Of a stretch of 64,000 bases of DNA, positions 63,817 to 64,000 are shown piece after piece (position 1 is the stretch's first letter; the number at the start of each line of letters is the position of its first letter). The position numbers and the translations under genes are program-made. The stretch comes from a bacterium (GTDB lineage Bacteria; Electryoneota; Electryoneia; Electryoneales; Electryoneaceae), in assembly GCA_963669175.1 (NCBI GenBank), contig OY769902.1:2080001-2144000 (forward strand). Reading direction: 5' to 3'. A model generated the notes under the pieces. It did not search any database, was not told the origin of the DNA, and worked only from the letters and a program-made list of their open reading frames with translations.

Positions 63817-64000
63817 CCCGAAAGTTTTTGCTGATTCGAGAGGTTTTGCTGATTCGAAAGTGTTTAGCCTGCTTCAGCAGGCTCTTCTTAGCACCCGGCT
63901 TTAGCCGGGGTGAAAAGGAAGCACAACAATCAGGAGCGCGCTTCAGCGTGCTTTCATGTGAACAACTTAAACGCCGGGAAGCACACTGAAGGGCGCTCAA
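63817..64000. repeat. REP-like palindrome cluster at the window edge
   Basis: TTTTGCTGATTCGA x2; AGCCTGCTTCAGCAGGCT; CCCGGCTTTAGCCGGG; GCGCGCTTCAGCGTGC. Confidence 0.55.

Overview
Bacterial chromosomal window, most likely from a non-Bacteroidota FCB-group lineage. This is inferred from the rRNA operon, lipid A genes and nine proteins with T9SS-type 'PNPFN' C-terminal domains (CTDs). Core features are rnpB (partial), tRNA-Ile2(CAU), lpxB-DUF374-lpxK, nfeD-SPFH, a HisJ-type PHP phosphatase, rpsF-rpsR-rplI, a full 16S-Ile-Ala-23S-5S operon, GH97 and a sigma54 two-component pair. The accessory content is mostly large secreted CTD proteins embedded among palindromic REP-like and short tandem repeats, plus one IS5-family element and a MITE. 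The main unusual signals are: (1) two unrelated secreted passengers sharing an apparently nucleotide-identical CTD+terminator that starts exactly at the YPNPFN codons and flanks a 5x208-bp REP array; (2) two beta-helix paralogs built of conserved GC-rich blocks and divergent AT-rich modules, one with a signal peptide made from intergenic repeats; (3) a recurrent caspase-like (D/N)ELD motif at domain junctions; (4) a catalytically degenerate orphan HypE; (5) an NYN RNase preceded by a promoter and a structured RNA with terminator/antiterminator potential; (6) three tandem ~145-bp rRNA promoter modules. All calls were made by eye, without database searches.
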